From the NCBI GenBank assembly GCA_022813965.1, contig JALDZS010000064.1:1-64000 (forward strand): a stretch of 64,000 bases of DNA, read 5' to 3'. This stretch comes from Toensbergia leucococca (taxonomy: Eukaryota). The translations under genes were made by a program, and so were the position numbers. Every line of letters starts with the position of its first letter. Position 1 is the stretch's first letter. This document shows, in pieces, positions 1 to 13,607 of the stretch. The notes beneath the pieces are model-generated. The model had not been told where the DNA came from, did not search any database, and saw nothing but the letters and a program-made list of their open reading frames with translations.

Positions 1-1464
1 GTCTTCGGGGCTCATGTTTGAAAGACCGAATCCCTGAAGTCCGAGTTGTGAAGGATCTCCACCGTGTGAGGATGGCGGGCCACCGAAAATTGAAGCGCTA
101 TTTGCAATGCTAGAGCCTAGGAAAGCATGACTGGAAGGAAAGCTCGTAGGAACTGCCCAATCGTTTCTATCAATCTCTGATCTTTTGGATTCAAAAGGTG
201 GGCCGGCTGCGTACGCCTTTTCCTCTTTCTTTTTTTCTCTCAGAGCGCGGCCTCCATGTCGTAGATCTAGGCCACTCATTGACTTTGTGAATGATGTTGT
301 AGATGGTCCTGGAGAAGATGGGGCGAACGAATACAAAGATTGCGGTGCGCTAGGATCTAAAGGCTTGGAATTACTCGAGGCTGAAGATAGAGGGAGGGTG
401 TGGTCATCAATTCTGTCTTTCAGTTTGTTCTTTTGGCGTGATAAGAAGTGATGTCTGTGTGCTTTCTCCTTTTCAAACGTAGTCTGCCGATCCAACGGAA
501 CCAGTGTGGAGGTCGATCCATTGTTAGATGCGTAAAGAGATGGGGTATTGGAAGCTGTAGAGTCGACGAGACTGGTCACGGAGGGATTAATCATCTTAGA
601 TAGTCCACTTGGTCCAGGAGGTCCCATCTTATTAGGTGACGGTAAGGGTTTGTCCTTGCGGTCCAAGTCTTTGTAACTTGATATACCAATGTGCTTCGGC
701 TTCGAGAACAATTTCATCTTTGATCGTTCCGTCTTCAACTTGTGCTCTTTTTCTGGCGCCTGATCAAAGCTGGTCAAGCCGGGCGAGACCTGAGCCACTC
801 GAGGGAAAGCGGCATTGGCCGCTGAAGTCGCCGCAACGGTATGCCCACCAACTAGTCCATTGTGATATTGTTGCCCAGACACACTACTATTGCTTGGCTT
901 CATTGCGGCTCCTGTTCCCGTTTGGAGGGGAGCTGGCTTGAGTCGACCGCTAGCGGGCTCAGGAGGAGACTGCGGGCCTGGTACTGTCAGCGATCGTTTT
1001 CGGATATGCTGGCTTGATGATTGATGCTGCATCGCAGCCTGGGCAGCTATTTGCGAGGCAGTCAAATTTGCCATGGCGGAATGGTCTGCTATGGTAGCAG
1101 TAGGTAGAGAGGGCTCGAAGAAACCCTGTGAATGTTGTCGCTTGTGTTTCTGCGATTCCGACCCAGAAATTAGAGGAGATGTCCTTCGAAGTGGAAGCTC
1201 GCTTGATGCATGAGTGATGGACGGGCGGGAGAAGTTGTGGAGCGAAGTGGAGCTGGTGTTAGAACTCGGGGCGCCAAAGATATGTCGTCGGGAGACTGGG
1301 GATTGTGGCGATTGTTTAGCCACGGATTGGGAAGTGATTTGAGAGGAACTCGAAGAGTCGCTCGCCGAAGAGTCGGTACTCTGGCGCTGTCCTTGAGACT
1401 GAGCCGGCGATGTCGGTGGGCGTGGGGAGAAGGCTCCAGGTCGTCGGTAGGTGGAGGAATTCAT
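1..1464 (-). CDS. HbrB-like (Bit61/TORC2-associated) protein, N-terminal part; runs off the left edge
   Basis: Reading frame from ATG 1464 stays in phase to position 1 (not in the ORF track because no stop lies in the window): MNSSTYRRPGAFSP...HKRQHSQGFFEPSL...LTASQIAAQAAMQH...HHFLSRQKNKLKD...QGFGLSNMSPED. Resembles the Ser-rich N-termini of filamentous-fungal HbrB proteins; the HbrB domain itself would lie outside the window. Confidence 0.65.
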   Translation of the reverse strand, partial: MNSSTYRRPGAFSPRPPTSPAQSQGQRQSTDSSASDSSSSSQITSQSVAKQSPQSPVSRRHIFGAPSSNTSSTSLHNFSRPSITHASSELPLRRTSPLISGSESQKHKRQHSQGFFEPSLPTATIADHSAMANLTASQIAAQAAMQHQSSSQHIRKRSLTVPGPQSPPEPASGRLKPAPLQTGTGAAMKPSNSSVSGQQYHNGLVGGHTVAATSAANAAFPRVAQVSPGLTSFDQAPEKEHKLKTERSKMKLFSKPKHIGISSYKDLDRKDKPLPSPNKMGPPGPSGLSKMINPSVTSLVDSTASNTPSLYASNNGSTSTLVPLDRQTTFEKEKAHRHHFLSRQKNKLKDRIDDHTLPLSSASSNSKPLDPSAPQSLYSFAPSSPGPSTTSFTKSMSGLDLRHGGRALREKKKEEKAYAAGPPFESKRSEIDRNDWAVPTSFPSSHAFLGSSIANSASIFGGPPSSHGGDPSQLGLQGFGLSNMSPED

Positions 1465-2742
1465 CTCGAGTCGGTCTTAGGTTGGTAGAAGTTTATGCGT
1501 ACAGAGTAGACTATGCATACCTCCTGTTAGCTAACCTCAAGCCGACGGCTCGAGCGTCTTTTTGCCGCTGCATTCATATTCGAATCATTTGACCTGGATC
1601 GGTTGATACAAATTTACACAGCTCGCCGTCGTCAATCACACCAAACTGGTTTACGGATAAAAGGGACAGCCACACAAGCCACGCAGGGCTGTAGGGCTGA
1701 GCTCTGTATGTCTTACCCCTTTTCTAAACCTACTATCTACTTTGCAATGAAATTTATAGAATTCAAGTTGCTTTCCCCTACTATCAAAGTGCTCTAAAGA
1801 GTGCTTCTACGATGAAGGAGCCGAAAAAGAAGAGAAATCTGACGGTAATGCCACTACGCATACAATGCGCCCGATGAAGAAAGGGGCTTTATCAACCACT
1901 CGAGTGATGCCTTCGTTGAGCGACAGCAGATGCTGTCCAAACCCGACAACATCGTCGCTCTCGAAGTACTTTTTCTACGCTCAATTGGCCTTGATAGGAC
2001 GCTAGTGAGAATTCAATGAAGTACATATGTAGACGATCAACTTTGCTCCTGACCAGTGACCTCTCGGACAGCCATTGTCTACATAGCAGTGTTAAGCGAG
2101 AGAGAAACTGGAGATGAAATGGGTCGAAGCACAGGCGCGTGAATCTTTGCAAGTAACACTTCGCTCAACAGAAACAGTCTGACGAAGGCCACCTAACTTC
2201 GCGGGAATTCACGTAAAACATGGAGGAAAAAGAAGATGTCGAAATGCAGATCTTGAATCAATCACATAGTGAAGCTCTCCGAAGGTGGAAATTGGGAAAG
2301 GAGCTCGATAGCCCGCTACCTCCTTGAACCCTCGCCCATCGAAAAATGCCTGAAATTCTTGCTCACTGGCAAGACTGAGAACTCCATCTTATCATCTGAA
2401 AGCCCACCCCAAGTCTCCATAAATACCTTGAATTGCTGATCACTTTCCACGAAGCCCATTCCATCCACTCGAAGCTCTTAAATCCGGGACTTAGAAGAGA
2501 GACAACGGTACGTAACCAGCGAGTATTGCCAGAATAGAAGACAGCCATTCCACAAGCGCGACAGATTTCTTGAGTCGCTCATCGTCCCACCCATTGGTAA
2601 ACCTCATAGAAGCATAGTAAAGGCGCGGAAGACTTCTTCAGTGATGCCGCCATGTGGAGGGTCTCGAAGGAATCATAACGCTTCGTATCGACACCACAAT
2701 CAAGAAACGTCATCTCTGCAAAGAAAGATGTGCAAAGCAATC

Positions 2743-5700
2743 TCACCCCATGTTCTCAAGTTGAGATCTTCGCTGAATAACTCTTGCTATATTCCCAGCG
2801 GCTCTCTTTGTTTCCAAATGATCTGGTCCATATACTATCTCAGAGCCTTTCAGAACTCGTTGATACATCTTCTCAGCCTCCTTCAACTTGTCTTGATATT
2901 CATATAGCAAGCCTAGATTATTGACTGTGTTTAGCGTTGATGTGTGTTCTGATCCACATGCCTTCTCTTTTCCTTTCAGAGCTCTTTGATACATGTCCTC
3001 AGCCTCCTTGAGCTTGTCTTGCTTTTCATACAGTATGCCGAGATTATTGACTGTTCCTAGCACTGACGTGTGTTCTGATCCCCATGCCTTCTCATTTCCT
3101 TTCAGAGCTCGTTGATACATCTCCTCAGCCTCCTTCAGCTTGTCTTGCTTTTGATACAGTAAGCCTAGATTATGAACTGTATTTAGCGTCAATGTGTGTT
3201 CTGATCCCCATGTCTTCTCTTTTCCTTTCAGAGCTCGTTGATACATCTCCTCAGCCTCCTTCAGCTTGCCTTGCTTTTCATACAGTACGCCTAGATTATT
3301 GACTGTGTTCAGCACTGATGTGTGTTCTGATCCCTGTATCTTCTCATATCCTTTCAGAGCTCGTTGATACATCTCCTCAGCCTCCTTCAGCTTGCCTTGC
3401 TTTTCATACAGTACGCCTAGATTATTGACTGTGTTCAGCACTGATGTGTGTTCTGATCCCTGTATCTTCTCATATCCTTTCAGAGCTCGCTGATACATCT
3501 CCTCAGCCTCCTTCAGCTTGTCTTGTGTATTATACAGTAAACCTAGATTATAAAAGGCTCTCACTTCATTGCTGGTCGCTTCCGACTGAAGATAACTAGG
3601 GACTTGAATAGAGACAAGGCACTTGTTTGCATGGGGAATAAGTCGGCGCTGAACTACCCAATAGTCAGGATCCTCCTCGCTTGGCACGGTCAAAGAAACA
3701 CAAAGGAGAGCCAATCTTGCCATTGAGGGATCAAATTCGCTAAGAAAATGTGTAGTCCAAGCATGGACACAGCTATGCATGCCATATCCACCTAAAGCCC
3801 CTGAGGGCTCAATCAGTGCGTGGTCGCAAAGCACACTTATGACTCGGTTGAAATTCAACTCGTCGGCAACTAGCAATGAGAACCAACTTGGACCTTCCTT
3901 AGCGGCTGAAGCCAAAAGTTCAAACCAAAGATCCCCATTGTCAAAATACGCCCACAGCAAGAGTAATATGGCAGCAGATTCGTTCCGACTTCGAATAAGC
4001 TTAAAGGACAGATCCCATGTCGAATAGAGTGCTTTGTCATACGAGGCTAATCTTGGACTAGTTTCTTGCAATTTCCGCCACGACTTCTCATAGTGATCTA
4101 GATACGTCGAAAAACTTATTGACGGCACTTGTTTGAGATAGGCTCCCGTGGTTGCAAGCGCGAGTGGGAGTCCATCTAATTTATCTACCAATTCCCTGGC
4201 TGCAACATCTTATATATCATTAGAGACATCATATATATGATCGACTAAACATACCATGACTGACGTTCTTCCGCCCTGATGTATTCATCAGAATTTCAAA
4301 CCTTTCTTGAACATCTCCAATTTTTCGTACAGAAAGTGTCTCTCCGAGATTCTCAAGTTGAGATGATCGAGTTGTAACAATAATGTTTCCTTGCGCTGCG
4401 TCTGGGAGGTAAGCCTTTAGGTCATAAGCTTGTGAGTCTTGGTGGCCTGGGTAGGTTGGATTATCGATATTGTCAAATACGAGCATCCATTTGGTGTTCC
4501 CGCGTACAGAGAACCAGCGCTTTGTAAGATCAACAATATCATCGATATCCCGAGTGCCCATTGCAGATCTCAATAACGTAGAATTTGGGTGCTCTTGATA
4601 TAGACGTCTTGCCATGTCCTCAAAAGCAGACCTCAAGGTGTCTTCGGTCTGACCATTGAGCCAAAAGATTGCCGTGTAAACATCTCGATGCCGTTTTACG
4701 AAAGCGATTGCAAGTTGAGTTTTCCCTATTCCACCTAGCCCATGCAAAATCATAACCTTTTGTTCGATGATTTCAGGGGACTTGTTAGCAGGTTGGAAGA
4801 TCCTCTCCATTTCAGCCAATTCGGCTTCTCTACCCACAAAGTGACTGATTTTAGGGGCTTTGGGAAGACCAAAAACCATTGAAAAATCCTCACTAGCACA
4901 GGCTGTACAAGAAGTGGGGTTATTTGCTGTTGCGTCGCTTTTCTCTCGGGTAGCAACTACATACCCCTGGTTCTTTCTTCCTCAGACCAGTGTATTGCAA
5001 TATTCTCACGTGCTTCTTCTGTCATAATCTGCAGATATTCTGATATTTTTTCATATCCCTCATCTTCTTTCAAAGAGAATTTAACCATACGAAGGTGGTC
5101 GGCCGGTAGAGCAATAGGTTCCGCGTCAGCGATTGCCAGTAAAACCGCTGAAGCTTTCGGCACAACCTGATTCTGTCAATTAAAAGCTATAGCTTGAAGG
5201 AAAGAAAAATTAACCAGTAGAGTCTTCCCTGATGGCAAACGAGTAGGATACATTTCGTAGGCAAACTTGGTAACAATGCCTCGCCCAACTTACGCGTATT
5301 GCCCTGATTGTGTTTGAAGCCATTCGGAATCTCGTTCAAGATGTTGGAGAATCTTATTGTCCGCTTTCACAAATATAGATGCCACGTTAACGAGAAGGGT
5401 AGCAAGGTGTACTCCATTGCCTCCTGAATGTGGTGTTCCCATGAAGATGATACCGTGGGTTGAGACTTTGATTGACCGTTGCTCCTCCAGAGCATCTTGT
5501 CCAGCAGCAGCGGAATGTATTAAAGCCTGCCTCTATAAAAATGATGTACTAGTAGTAAAATATCTGAGCAGCGCTCACTTACGCTTTTGACAACTATCCC
5601 TCCTAAGCTGTGCGCGACGAAAATGATGGGACGTTTTCTCGTCTGAACCATTTGTGAGATACGACTGGAAGCTAGTGTTTTGTACACACCTTGGTCAGGT

Positions 5701-6289
5701 GTCTCTTTCGACATAGATCCGATACCAAAGTTCTTGCGTAATCATATAGATATTGACTATTAATTTGAGAAGCGCTGTGTGTATTGGCATCGTAACCCCA
5801 ACTGAAAACGCGTGCATTTGGAATGCTGGATGGGAGAAAATCGCGGAGCCAATTGATGCCGTTCTCTGCCGTCCATGTGTTTTCTCGATGTCCATTAAGA
5901 CCGTGGACAGCGATAATGCTATGGATGTAATCGCATTGATTAGAAAACAGAGGTAAATCGCGGAGAGAGAACATTACTCAACAACGGAATCAATGCCTTC
6001 GGTAATGAGGAGAAGCCCAGTAGGCTGGGCTCTAGATACCTGGGCAGGCGCAAACACAGACGGCATTTCTGCGGGCGACGCTGCTGCAAGCGGTGTGGTA
6101 GAATGTCCAACGGTAGTAACTAAAGGTGACACGGAAGGTACCACTGAAGTAGGCATAGATGAAGATATTGCTGCCTGCTATGCAGTATGCGTCAACACAG
6201 CGACATTGCTGAAGCGAGATGATGAGTGTTACATCTTTACTCTTCTTCTGTCTCCATTTGGAAAGGCTGGGCAACAGCTTTGAAGCCAT
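2743..6289 (-). pseudogene. Fungal NLR: SesB-like alpha/beta hydrolase + NB-ARC + TPR repeats; in-frame TAA at 5290-5292
   Basis: Spliced exons encode IIAVHGLNGH..WLRDFLP..RVFSWGYDA, FVAHSLGGIVVK (nucleophile elbow), IIFMGTPH, P-loop GLGGIGKT, Walker B LVFDNID, GLPLAL and about six 42-aa TPRs. The exon reads DSEWLQTQSGQYA*VGRGIVTKFAYE. Confidence 0.85.
2860..3550 (-). repeat. 126-bp TPR-coding tandem repeats, two adjacent units essentially identical
   Basis: Units at about 3231-3356 and 3357-3482 match base for base; the flanking units differ at a few codons. Confidence 0.95.
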
Positions 6290-6976
6290 CGAATCAAAAC
6301 GCGTCCACCAAAGAAGACGAGACGTAGAAAGTCTCACAGAATCAGATAGCTTGATGATCAGACCAAAAGTCGATGGATTTGATACTGAGTTCAAGGAGAA
6401 TCTTCGAAGTGAGGAACATAAGGTATGCTACCAGCATCAGCCTCATCAAGTGTGGGGCATAAGAACACCAGACTGACCAATAGGAGCATCAAGCCCATGC
6501 CTCCAGCCCAATGACTACCTATTTGCTCATAAAGAAGTTTCGTAATTCAGTGTGATCGTCGCTCATTGTTCTTCTGGCGCCCAATTCTTTGACCAGCATC
6601 GTCGTTCCAACCTTTTCTTTTTTGTCATTTCTGATATAGTGGATCAATGTGTGCATACTCTTAGCCCGATTCCTCACACAGAAAAATAGACCATCTCTTT
6701 TTGCATAGCTCGTGGCTGATCCTTAAGATACCCAATCAGAAAATTTTCAGTGACCTGATAAAGCTTCTAAGGTGTACCCATAAGCTGAAAATGAGCTCTT
6801 TAATGAGATTCATATATGAAGAAAATCTCCTAAATCCGATAGACTACGGAACAATATATAATAAGTGGTGGAGTTTTCTAAATGCCAAGGATTTGCAAGC
6901 ATTTTACACTCGCTATTCTAAACTTTCCATTCCCACAACCCAAAACTCCTCCACCCTTCCCTCACCATAAACAACC

Positions 6977-7279
6977 ATGTCCCCGCCCTCACCCCCCCCA
7001 ACCCTCCAAGCAACCTACACCTCCCCAAAAACCTCCAAACAATTCCACCACCCCCTCCCCACCACCCTCCCCACCACCTCCACCCCCGAAAAAACCCTCT
7101 ACCTATCCCAACTACGCACCTCAGTCACGCAGCTACAGGAAGAGGTCAACAGCTTCCTGACCGCGAAAATGGAAGAGGATAAGGCCTTGGTAGCTGCCGA
7201 TACGGATGGCGGAGCGGGAGTGGATGATAAGAAGGAGGAGGAGCGGTATGGGGAAGAGGGGGACGAGGGGGAGGGTTAG
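6977..7279 (+). CDS. GON7: EKC/KEOPS complex subunit Gon7-like
   Basis: 100 aa: LQATYTSP...YLSQLRTSVTQLQEEVNSFLTAKMEEDK plus an acidic tail EEERYGEE, the Gon7 family pattern. Confidence 0.8.
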   Translation: MSPPSPPPTLQATYTSPKTSKQFHHPLPTTLPTTSTPEKTLYLSQLRTSVTQLQEEVNSFLTAKMEEDKALVAADTDGGAGVDDKKEEERYGEEGDEGEG

Positions 7280-7533
7280 GAGGGGCTGCTACGAGGATCA
7301 AAGATTGTTGACGTCATGCAGCTTTGTCGCCGTCATGATCTTCGCTTCGAAATGACTCTCAATGCTACGGTTTGTGGGCTAGATCTGGCGCTCGTTGTAT
7401 CATGATTCCTGGGTGTCTCAAATTACAGAACACATGATAGAATCGTTGAGTCTTGGACACAATCGCCATTTCGGATCAAAACTTTGGGTCCCGGAGAACC
7501 TTCTGCTGAAAAATAATGCTTCAGATGCAGTCG

Positions 7534-10500
7534 CTATCTTGTCGAACATCCGTAATGCACCACTGCGTTACTATACAATAGTGCATCAGCGATAGTCGAT
7601 ACAGCGGCACCCAGAGGTTCGACTTACTTCGGGAGAACTTTGATAGCACTGCCACCGAATCTCTTGTGGCAAACGCCACAGACACGAGTCTCACCTATAA
7701 CCACTCGCCGGTTCCTTCCACCGTTACCTCCAGGAACCCCATCACCAAGACGTAAACGTGCCTCCTCGTCGAATACTACGCTTTTCCGTATATTGGCTAC
7801 TATCCGACCCTCGTTGACAATCATGTTCGCAGAGCGTATCCTTCCTTGAAAGTAAGATTCAAGGTCCTTAATGGGCAGGACTTCGGGAATCAGGTCCAAT
7901 GTGGATGAAGCAGGAAGACGTGAACCATGCTTTGCAAGTATGTCAAGGGCAGGTCCCCATTGAGGGTTGTATGGTGGCGGTGGAGAGAGATACAAGGATA
8001 AGAGAGTATGGTAGATTGATGGAGCAGCGTTTTTGTTGTCGGTAATCGAATGTCGACGCTCTTGGACTGGCGATGCTGGTGCAGTTATTTCTGTCAGATG
8101 GATTTGATTACAATATCTAGCAGAACTGTAAGCACTTGATAATCAAGACGCTGCCGATTTCTAGTACTTACTCCTCAGCTTTCGCAGGGTCTCCAAGCTT
8201 GAACACATATATATCGAGCGCCTGCCGATGATGACCCATATTGCTGAGAACGATAGCCCTGGCTTCGTAGAGTTTCGGATCTACATAACAGTCAACAACA
8301 TTCTGTATGAAGGCGGGTCCAATCATACCGTCTCTTGTGAGCTGACCAAGAGCCTTGTACGACTGGTATTCACGACTAGTCCTCAAGAAGTCAAGTACTT
8401 TCTTTTTCCACAAAGTCTGTTCTTTGTCGTCCTCGAAGTCGTCCGATTTCAAACCTTCAATGTAGACACTGACAAGGGTCTGATGAAATTCCGGCGTCTT
8501 GTCGTTAAGCTCATGAATGATATGCTCCAGATATTTTACAGCCAGCTTCCTGTCTATACCTTGGAGGAAGTCGAGTACTGCTGATCGTGGTAGTGTTTCT
8601 GCGTTTTCTGTATCTGCCAGGAAAATCTCCATACCAAGGTCTGGGTCCTTCCTTAATGGCCAATCAGCAAAGTGTAATATCAAATCGATCATTTCCGCAG
8701 GTAGATTTTGTAGATATGCTATCGTCCTCCGGGGGCCATGCAGTTGAGGGGCCATCTCATTCTCGTCTTCCGCCTGACCAAATCTCCGCAACAATTCTAG
8801 CGCTTGACGATGAAGTCCTTTCCCGAAGAAAAAGTCAATTAGATCGTTGTAGCGGCCAGTCTCAAGAAGTTTCTCATTGACGACGTCAGGGTCGCAGAAA
8901 TTAGCTATTCGGAACAATGGCCCAGCTAAAGATGGGCTCGCGAACATGTAAGCTCGGAAAAGAGTTGTGTCTACCAATTTGGCCGTATCACGAAGTTGTT
9001 GTTCTCGACTGGGGTCAGAGTCAGACGAATGACGCATGAGTAGAGATCTAATCTCTGGCTGCGCTTCATTCGATTTCCCCGTGGCGGCAGAACTTGGATC
9101 CTTGAGACTGCCGTCACTATTGAAATACCGCTGGAGCTTTGTTCGTGCTGATACGAGGAACGGCCTTAGCTCTGCAGTTGCTGTTTTCAGATCTTGACCT
9201 TCTACTCAGACTTTTAGTTCGGAATTTGAATGGAAGGATTTCTTTCACCCTCACCTAAATGATTTTCCGATGGATCCGCTGTCTTGCCCTTTGCAATACT
9301 GGCATCAGTCTCCTCGGTCGAGGCAGTTTTGATCGATTGCCTGATAGAAGCCGCGTCGCCAGGGGTTTTCTGGTCTAGAATAGTATCAGGTTTCGAGGAG
9401 GATGAAATATCTTCACTTAACGCTGGAAGCTTGCCAGTATTAGACTCTTTGTCTTCGCCCGGTTCATGGCTACCACTATCTATCTGAGTGCTATTCCCTC
9501 GTTCTCCTATAGACGATGATTCGCCTGCGATGATTCGAGGGAAAAGACGAACCACTCTTTCTGGTGGTGCCGAAACATCGGTAAATAATTCAAGTGACTC
9601 TCTGTACTTTCGTTGATCGAATAAATTCTGGGCTTTCATCATTTTGATCTCTCGAAGACGGCCCTCCTTGTCTTTTAGCAATGCGTCCTCAAGCATTCCT
9701 ATCAAGCTGATTGCCTCGTCCAGCCTGCCACGATCGACTAGAGTATCTATCTGTGAATCATAGTCTAAAGCTCCCATCCTCCAGACACAGCGGTCGCCAG
9801 AGACGAGAAATCCTTTACCGGCATGTGCTAAGCTAACGTTTGGTTGAGGTACATGTAGTTGGATCGCACTTGGTAGGGAAATAGTCTGGAGAAGGCTTAG
9901 GGTCTCGGGGTTTCTTACTTCGAGGGTACCTTTCGTGGCTTGCAGAGCCAGTAAATAGGGGTAGGAGTAACCAATGGCTTCTGGAGCGACAGACCATGGT
10001 ATCTGGCGACGCCCCAATGAGTTGCCATTGATGTCAATGAATAGCGTGTTAATATCCTTGGCTAGGAAATATTCTCCTTCACCGAGTTTTGTAGCCAGTG
10101 GCTTTGGTATCATTCCACCCATACCCATATACCCCATACTTGCAACTCCAACACCTCCGAATCGGCCTCCGTCATGCCCAGGTGCACCCCCTATACTGCC
10201 AGGGCCAACGACATCAGTCACAGCCGTTGTCTCTACGTCCACTATGACGTAACTAGAGCTGAGGCCAGCGATGAGCTGCGTACCAGTAGCCCACGTCAAA
10301 GATTTAATACCAGTGACCAAGGAAAGTTCTGGAGTCTCAGACGCGAGCTCCATATCATGCCAAGACCATAGTAGAAGCCTTCTCTTCACTGCAACGGCAA
10401 GTCTAGAAACAATTGAAGGGATGCCAGTGGATGGATCCTTCACAATATTTGATGTAACAGCAAAAGTACTTGCTCCCTTGGTTTTTGAGAGTGTTTCTTG

Positions 10501-10907
10501 CAGCTCATATGTTTGAAGATCGTGTATCGATACATAGCTATTGGATAGTGAAACAAGGATATTGGCTTCCTTAACAATTGCCAGCTGCTCAATCTTGTAC
10601 TTTGAAAACTTGTCCTGCTCACGCATGAGATCTACCGGACTTGACTTCGGCTGGGATGATGGTCTTGCCTCTGAGGCCAGAGCTCCATTTTGTATATCGA
10701 GTTCTTCTGTGGATTCGTTGACTCGGTATACACGAAGACTTCCTGTATTCAATCCAACCAGCAGGCGATCCCCTACCCAACATCATTAGCTTGTACATAT
10801 ACATGATAGCTCTGATAGAACTCACCATACGCAAGTATTGATTCAATCTTTGATTTGTCGCGCTGCTTGAGATCCACAATTGGGCGGGCTTGAAAGGCAG
10901 AAAGCAT
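7534..10907 (-). CDS. VPS39: HOPS subunit Vps39/Vam6 (CNH domain, C-terminal Zn-finger-like CGVCHKR)
   Basis: MLSAFQARPIVDLKQRDKSKIESILAYG start at 10907; ORFs 9214-10752, 8168-9037 and 7624-7995 are joined by GT-AG introns; the last exon NAVVHYGCSTR* ends at 7534. Confidence 0.93.
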
Positions 10908-11315
10908 TGTCCGTATGGGCGCTAGCTCGAGCGTTGATATTCAACATGGTCATTCAAAGTCATCTGGGTCCTCCGGTTCACATATTTCGGGCTGCACATC
11001 AACCTGGAAGCCTATCATGTACAGAGTAAGATACCAGCATAAAGAGTAGGTAGGCAGTCACCAGTGCATAAATTGTGCGGAATTTATTATTTATTTATGC
11101 AGATCTCCACAACTCTGTGCACGCTCAATTCACAATCTAAACCTCGGTCAATCTTCCGCATCTAGGCAATTCACATGCACAAAATGTAATAACATGCATG
11201 TCATTAGGGCTAACTACCGAAGTACTAACAGTATCAATTGCAGTTGACATGGTTTCGATGTCATTTCGTAGACATTGTACTCCGCGACGTCGACAACTAT
11301 GAGGCGCCAGATACC

Positions 11316-13607
11316 ATGGCAGTCCAGTCAAAGCTCCTACTACCTCTGCCAGCCTCCGAGAAGTCTTTCAAGCAGATTGTGTCCACCCTTACAGATCTCT
11401 ACCTTGCGCATAGAACCAAGATATCGCAAACCGTCTACCTTACCCTCTTTATCGCCCTCATAACTCGAATCCGCAATGCTATCTCGGAGCAGAAAGCGGC
11501 CTCTTTACACCAAGCCCAGGTCCGACAGCGCCCAGGGACCGGCACCAAAGAAGGCGAAGCTGGTGCTAGAAAGCGTATCGAATTGAACAAAGAATTCTTT
11601 ACCAATCTTTCAAGACTCTTGAAGATTGTGATACCCGGGTGGAGGAGTCAGGAACTTCGACTGCTAATCAGCCACAGCATATTTCTTGTTATACGCACCC
11701 TGATCAGTCTCTATGTAGCCGAGCTAGATGGCAAGCTGGTCAGTAGCCTTGTCCGCGGTAAAGGCAAGGAGTTTTTCAGAGGTATAGCTTGGTGGATGAT
11801 AGTTGCTGTACCTGCAACGTTCACCAATTCCATGGTACGTCAAATCTGTGATTTTTGTAGTGGTTGTAGAACGAATGCTAATATCCTCTCGCAGCTCTCG
11901 TATCATCAATGTAAATTGGCTCTTCAATACCGCACTCGTCTTACGACCTACATACATTCAAGATACCTCTCCAACATGACATTCTACAGCTTGTCTGCGC
12001 TAGACGACCGAATAAAGAACGCAGATCAATTGATCACGGTGGACGTCTCAAGGTTCTCCAACAGCCTTGCAGAACTGTATTCTAATTTAGCAAAGCCGAT
12101 TCTGGATATGATAATATATAATTATTCTTTGTCAAGATCAGTCGGTGGAGAAGGACTCTTCATGATGAGCTTATTGGTTCAGCTGTCTGCGAATGTTATG
12201 CGAGTCTTGACACCTCCGTTTGGGAAATACGTCGCAGAAGAAGCAAGACTTGAGGGGGAATTCCGGTTTCAGCATTCAAGATTGATTGATAACTGCGAGG
12301 AGATAGCACTTTACCATGGCCACGAGGCGGAGAAAGATACGTTAGACAAAGGTTATTTTACACTCATCAAGCACGTAAATCGCATATTGCGAAGGCGTTT
12401 TTATCACGGCCTCATGGAGGATTTCGTTATAAAGTACTTTTGGGGAGCTTTAGGACTCGTTCTATGTAGTGTCCCGGTTTTTTTCAAGATTCCTGGTCAA
12501 GCAATGCGTGGCATGGGTGATCGGACAGAAAGTAAGTACTCTGGCTTCTTACTCGATTCAATCTCCCACTGATTAAATCCAGGCTTTATTACCAACCGAC
12601 GGATGCTTCTTTCTTCGTCTGATGCATTCGGACGAGTCATGTTTAGCTACAAGGAGATCACCGAGCTTGCCGGATACACCTCAAGAGTTTCGACTTTGCT
12701 TGATGTTATGGATGACGTTCAAGCTGGTCATTTTGAGAAGAAGCTCGTTTCATCAGCAGGCACAGAAGAAAACGCAGAGGTACTATGTGGTAGAGGTGAA
12801 GTTATCGAGAGCGACGATATCGAATTTATCGATGTACCAGTGGTTTCTCCGAATGGCGACGTCCTTGTCCGCAAGCTCAGTTTTTCGGTCAAGCATGGGG
12901 AACATCTCTTGATTGTGGGTCCCAACGGCTGCGGCAAGTCTTCACTGTTTCGCATTCTGGGCGGTCTTTGGCCTGTATATGGTGGAACAGTGAGGAAGCC
13001 CCCTTCCTCTGATATCTTCTACATCCCCCAACGACCGTATCTCTCGCAAGGCACATTACGACAACAAATAATCTATCCTGATAGCGTGCGTGAGATGCGA
13101 ACTAAAGGCATCACTGACAGCGACCTACTCGATATTCTTCGCACTGTTGAGATAGAGCATATTATCGACCGCGTTTGGGGATGGGAGGCTGAAGAGGTAT
13201 GGCGGGACGTGTTGTCCGGAGGTCTTCAGCAGAGAGTCGCCATGGCCCGACTGTTCTATCATGCCCCTAAATACGCCATTCTGGATGAGTGTACGAGTAG
13301 CGTCACACTTGATATTGAGAAAGCTATGTACGATAATGCAAAAGCGCTCAATATCACATTGATGACAGTGTCACATAGGAGGAGTCTTTGGAAATATCAT
13401 AGTAATATTCTTCAATTCGATGGGCAAGGCCACTTCATCTTCACCAAACTCGATGCGGACCGGCGAATAAAGCTTGAAGAGTGAGTTCCGTTTATCCCTT
13501 TGAGCAGTACCAAGCTAATTTTCTCCAGTGAGAAAGAGGAGCTTGATCTTCAGCTCAGGGCCGTCCCTGAGATAGAGCGACGTATAGCCGAGTTGGCTGC
13601 TTTATAA
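11316..13607 (+). CDS. PXA2: Peroxisomal long-chain fatty acid ABC transporter (ABCD family, Pxa2-like)
   Basis: EAA-like motif EEIALYHG, Walker [10 protein letters not shown], signature LSGG, ILDECTS; several introns; ATG 11316 (MAVQSKL). The PXA2 versus PXA1 assignment is from recall. Confidence 0.85.

Noticed and set aside
185..1488. Plus-strand ORFs at 185, 636 and 1210
   Set aside because: Antisense shadows of the long minus-strand HbrB-like reading frame.
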